Positions 62,474 through 64,000 of a DNA stretch of 64,000 nucleotides are shown in pieces. Location of the stretch: NCBI RefSeq assembly GCF_016432865.1, contig NC_067403.1, positions 245,582,001 through 245,646,000 on the forward strand, given 5' to 3'. The notes beneath the pieces were generated by a model that was given only the letters and a program-made list of their open reading frames with translations, made no database searches and was not told where the DNA came from. The position numbers and the translations under genes are program-made. The DNA is from Antechinus flavipes (lineage: Eukaryota). Numbering within the stretch: the first letter of the stretch is position 1; each line of letters begins with the position of its first letter.

Positions 62474-62858
62474 CATGCATATGTGCAAGAATAAATCAGT
62501 TCACAAACATTTAGAAAATCTGGAGTTAAGCCCTATGCTACGCATTGGGCAGATACAAATTATTTTTTTAAATAGTTCTTGCCATCAAAATGCATACATT
62601 TCACAATGGTAAATGAGTCTCATTATTTGCAACAATTGCTATTCAACTTTCAAATGTCTCTAATTTATAAAAAGTCTATCCTTACCATAACTCATTTCCC
62701 TTCACTAATTTCCATCCATTGCTTCTGATCTCCTCTGTAATAAGGATTATTCTATTCTCTCTGAACCATCATTTCAATACATGAAGAAAGCTCTATCCCC
62801 TCTTCTACGTTCATATGCAATTCTTCCATTATGCTAAAATGGATAAAATATTCGATTT

Positions 62859-62937
62859 TACAAAGTGTCCCAAAAATGTTACTGAATTTTAAAGTTTTTA
62901 AAGCTTAAAATAAACTAAGACTTTTGGACACCTCAAA
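62859..62937. mobile_element. Small Tc1/mariner-type MITE
   Basis: Imperfect terminal inverted repeats TACAAAGTGTCCCAAAA ... TTTTGGACACCTCAAA around an AT-rich core. Confidence 0.5.
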
Positions 62938-63019
62938 TCCTGCACTTACATTCTTAGTAATTCTTAGTGGAATACATATTAGCCTTCCTCATTGATACCT
63001 AATATACTTGACTTGTTTC

Positions 63020-63265
63020 TGTTATTCAGTATTTTTTCAGTAATGTATGATTCTTTGCGACTCCATCTGGGCTTTTCTTGGCAAAGATATTGTAGTGATT
63101 TATCATTTCCTTTATCAGTTTATTTTCCGAGGAGGAAACTGTGGCAAAGACTGTCTTTGCCCATGGTCACACAGCTTATAAGAGTATGAGAACAGATTTG
63201 ATTTTAGGAAGACAAGTCTTCCTGATGAAAGATGCAGCACATTATACACTGAACCAACTAGCTAA
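63020..63265 (-). mobile_element. CORE SINE with RTE-like tail (Mar1-like)
   Basis: ttttcttggcaaagatattgtagtgatttatcatttcctt...gaggaaactgtggc...gcccatggtcacacagct...gtcttcctga. Confidence 0.78.
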
Positions 63266-63509
63266 ACCAGCAAAAATAAGTCTAGAGGTCAGTTAAATTC
63301 ATTGGAATGTGAAATTCAATTAAAAGTAAGTGTTTTTCCCCCCCAGAGTAATGCCTTGTTGTTTGCGAAAATAGACTCAAAAATCTGAAATAAATTTAGA
63401 AGCAATTTATGTCATCATTTTGTAATAGAGAGTCAATAAAAAAGTGTGGTTCCCTTCCAGGCTCTGGAAGATTTGTATTATATAAGATTTAGACAAATTT
63501 GGCTTCCTA

Positions 63510-63990
63510 TTGTTAGAAATGGACATTTACTTGATTTCCACAGTTATGAAAATTAAATTGGAGAAATGAAACAAATTAGAAAACTGAAACCCGCATGGAC
63601 GTCAAAAAGTAATCAAGGTTATCTTCTACCAAAAGAATATAATCTCCTTGGAGACAGGAACAGACTTTTGTAATAAAGGGTGGTGGCCTGAGATTTGAAA
63701 ATATTTTTTTGCTCTTTGCCTTTAATCTGCCTCTGTTATACTCCCTTTCTAGAATGTAAGGGGCAGGGACTGGCTATGTAATGGAAATTCATGTCCTGTA
63801 ACTTCTGTAAGATCCAATTAATGGGAATCAGAGAAGGGACTTGTGCTCTAGGATAAAAAATAAAATGCTTTTAGAGTTTTAAAGTATGTCTATTCACCTA
63901 GGCACTCATTCTTGCAAGACTGTAAAATAAATATTTCCTGAATTATCAATGAGTCAGTGGAGTTTTGGGTAAGATATCTTGTTTCTTATC
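63510..63990 (+). repeat. Paralogous non-coding block C, copy 2 (implies another OR unit beyond the window)
   Basis: Collinear with 53100-53600. Confidence 0.88.
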
Positions 63991-64000
63991 CTATGAACCA

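Noticed and set aside
407-63189. Dozens of 60-130 aa ORFs, including antisense ORFs over OR genes (1865, 13530, 29701, 46991)
   Set aside because: Low complexity, alternative-start, inside repeats, or shadows of OR coding sequence; no recognisable domains.

Overview
AT-rich, CpG-poor vertebrate genomic DNA. It is almost certainly mammalian and probably a marsupial (inferred from CORE SINEs with RTE-like tails and the L1 3'-UTR types; a dasyurid is plausible but unproven). The window is part of a class II olfactory receptor (OR) cluster with seven OR loci, all on the + strand. Five have intact single-exon ORFs: four OR8K-like (1326, 22586, 28930, 56534) and one OR8J-like (13437). One OR8K-like locus has a single frameshift (46371) and one is a degraded 5' remnant (62132). 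Intergenic DNA is mostly L1 fragments, SINEs, two probable solo LTRs, microsatellites, a 41-bp polypyrimidine minisatellite and three N gaps. No rRNA, tRNA or CRISPR features are evident, and nearly all non-OR, non-L1 ORFs in the track are low-complexity or gap artefacts. I found no convincing new protein-coding system. The most interesting signal is non-coding: the OR8K loci sit in tandemly duplicated units (order B-D-C-A-OR) that preserve a homeodomain/O-E/TATA promoter module, 5'-UTR splice donors, a fixed-distance splice acceptor and a homeodomain+Ebf composite motif. There is also a candidate enhancer at about 5.6-6.9 kb. Repeat boundaries and family names were assigned by eye and are approximate.
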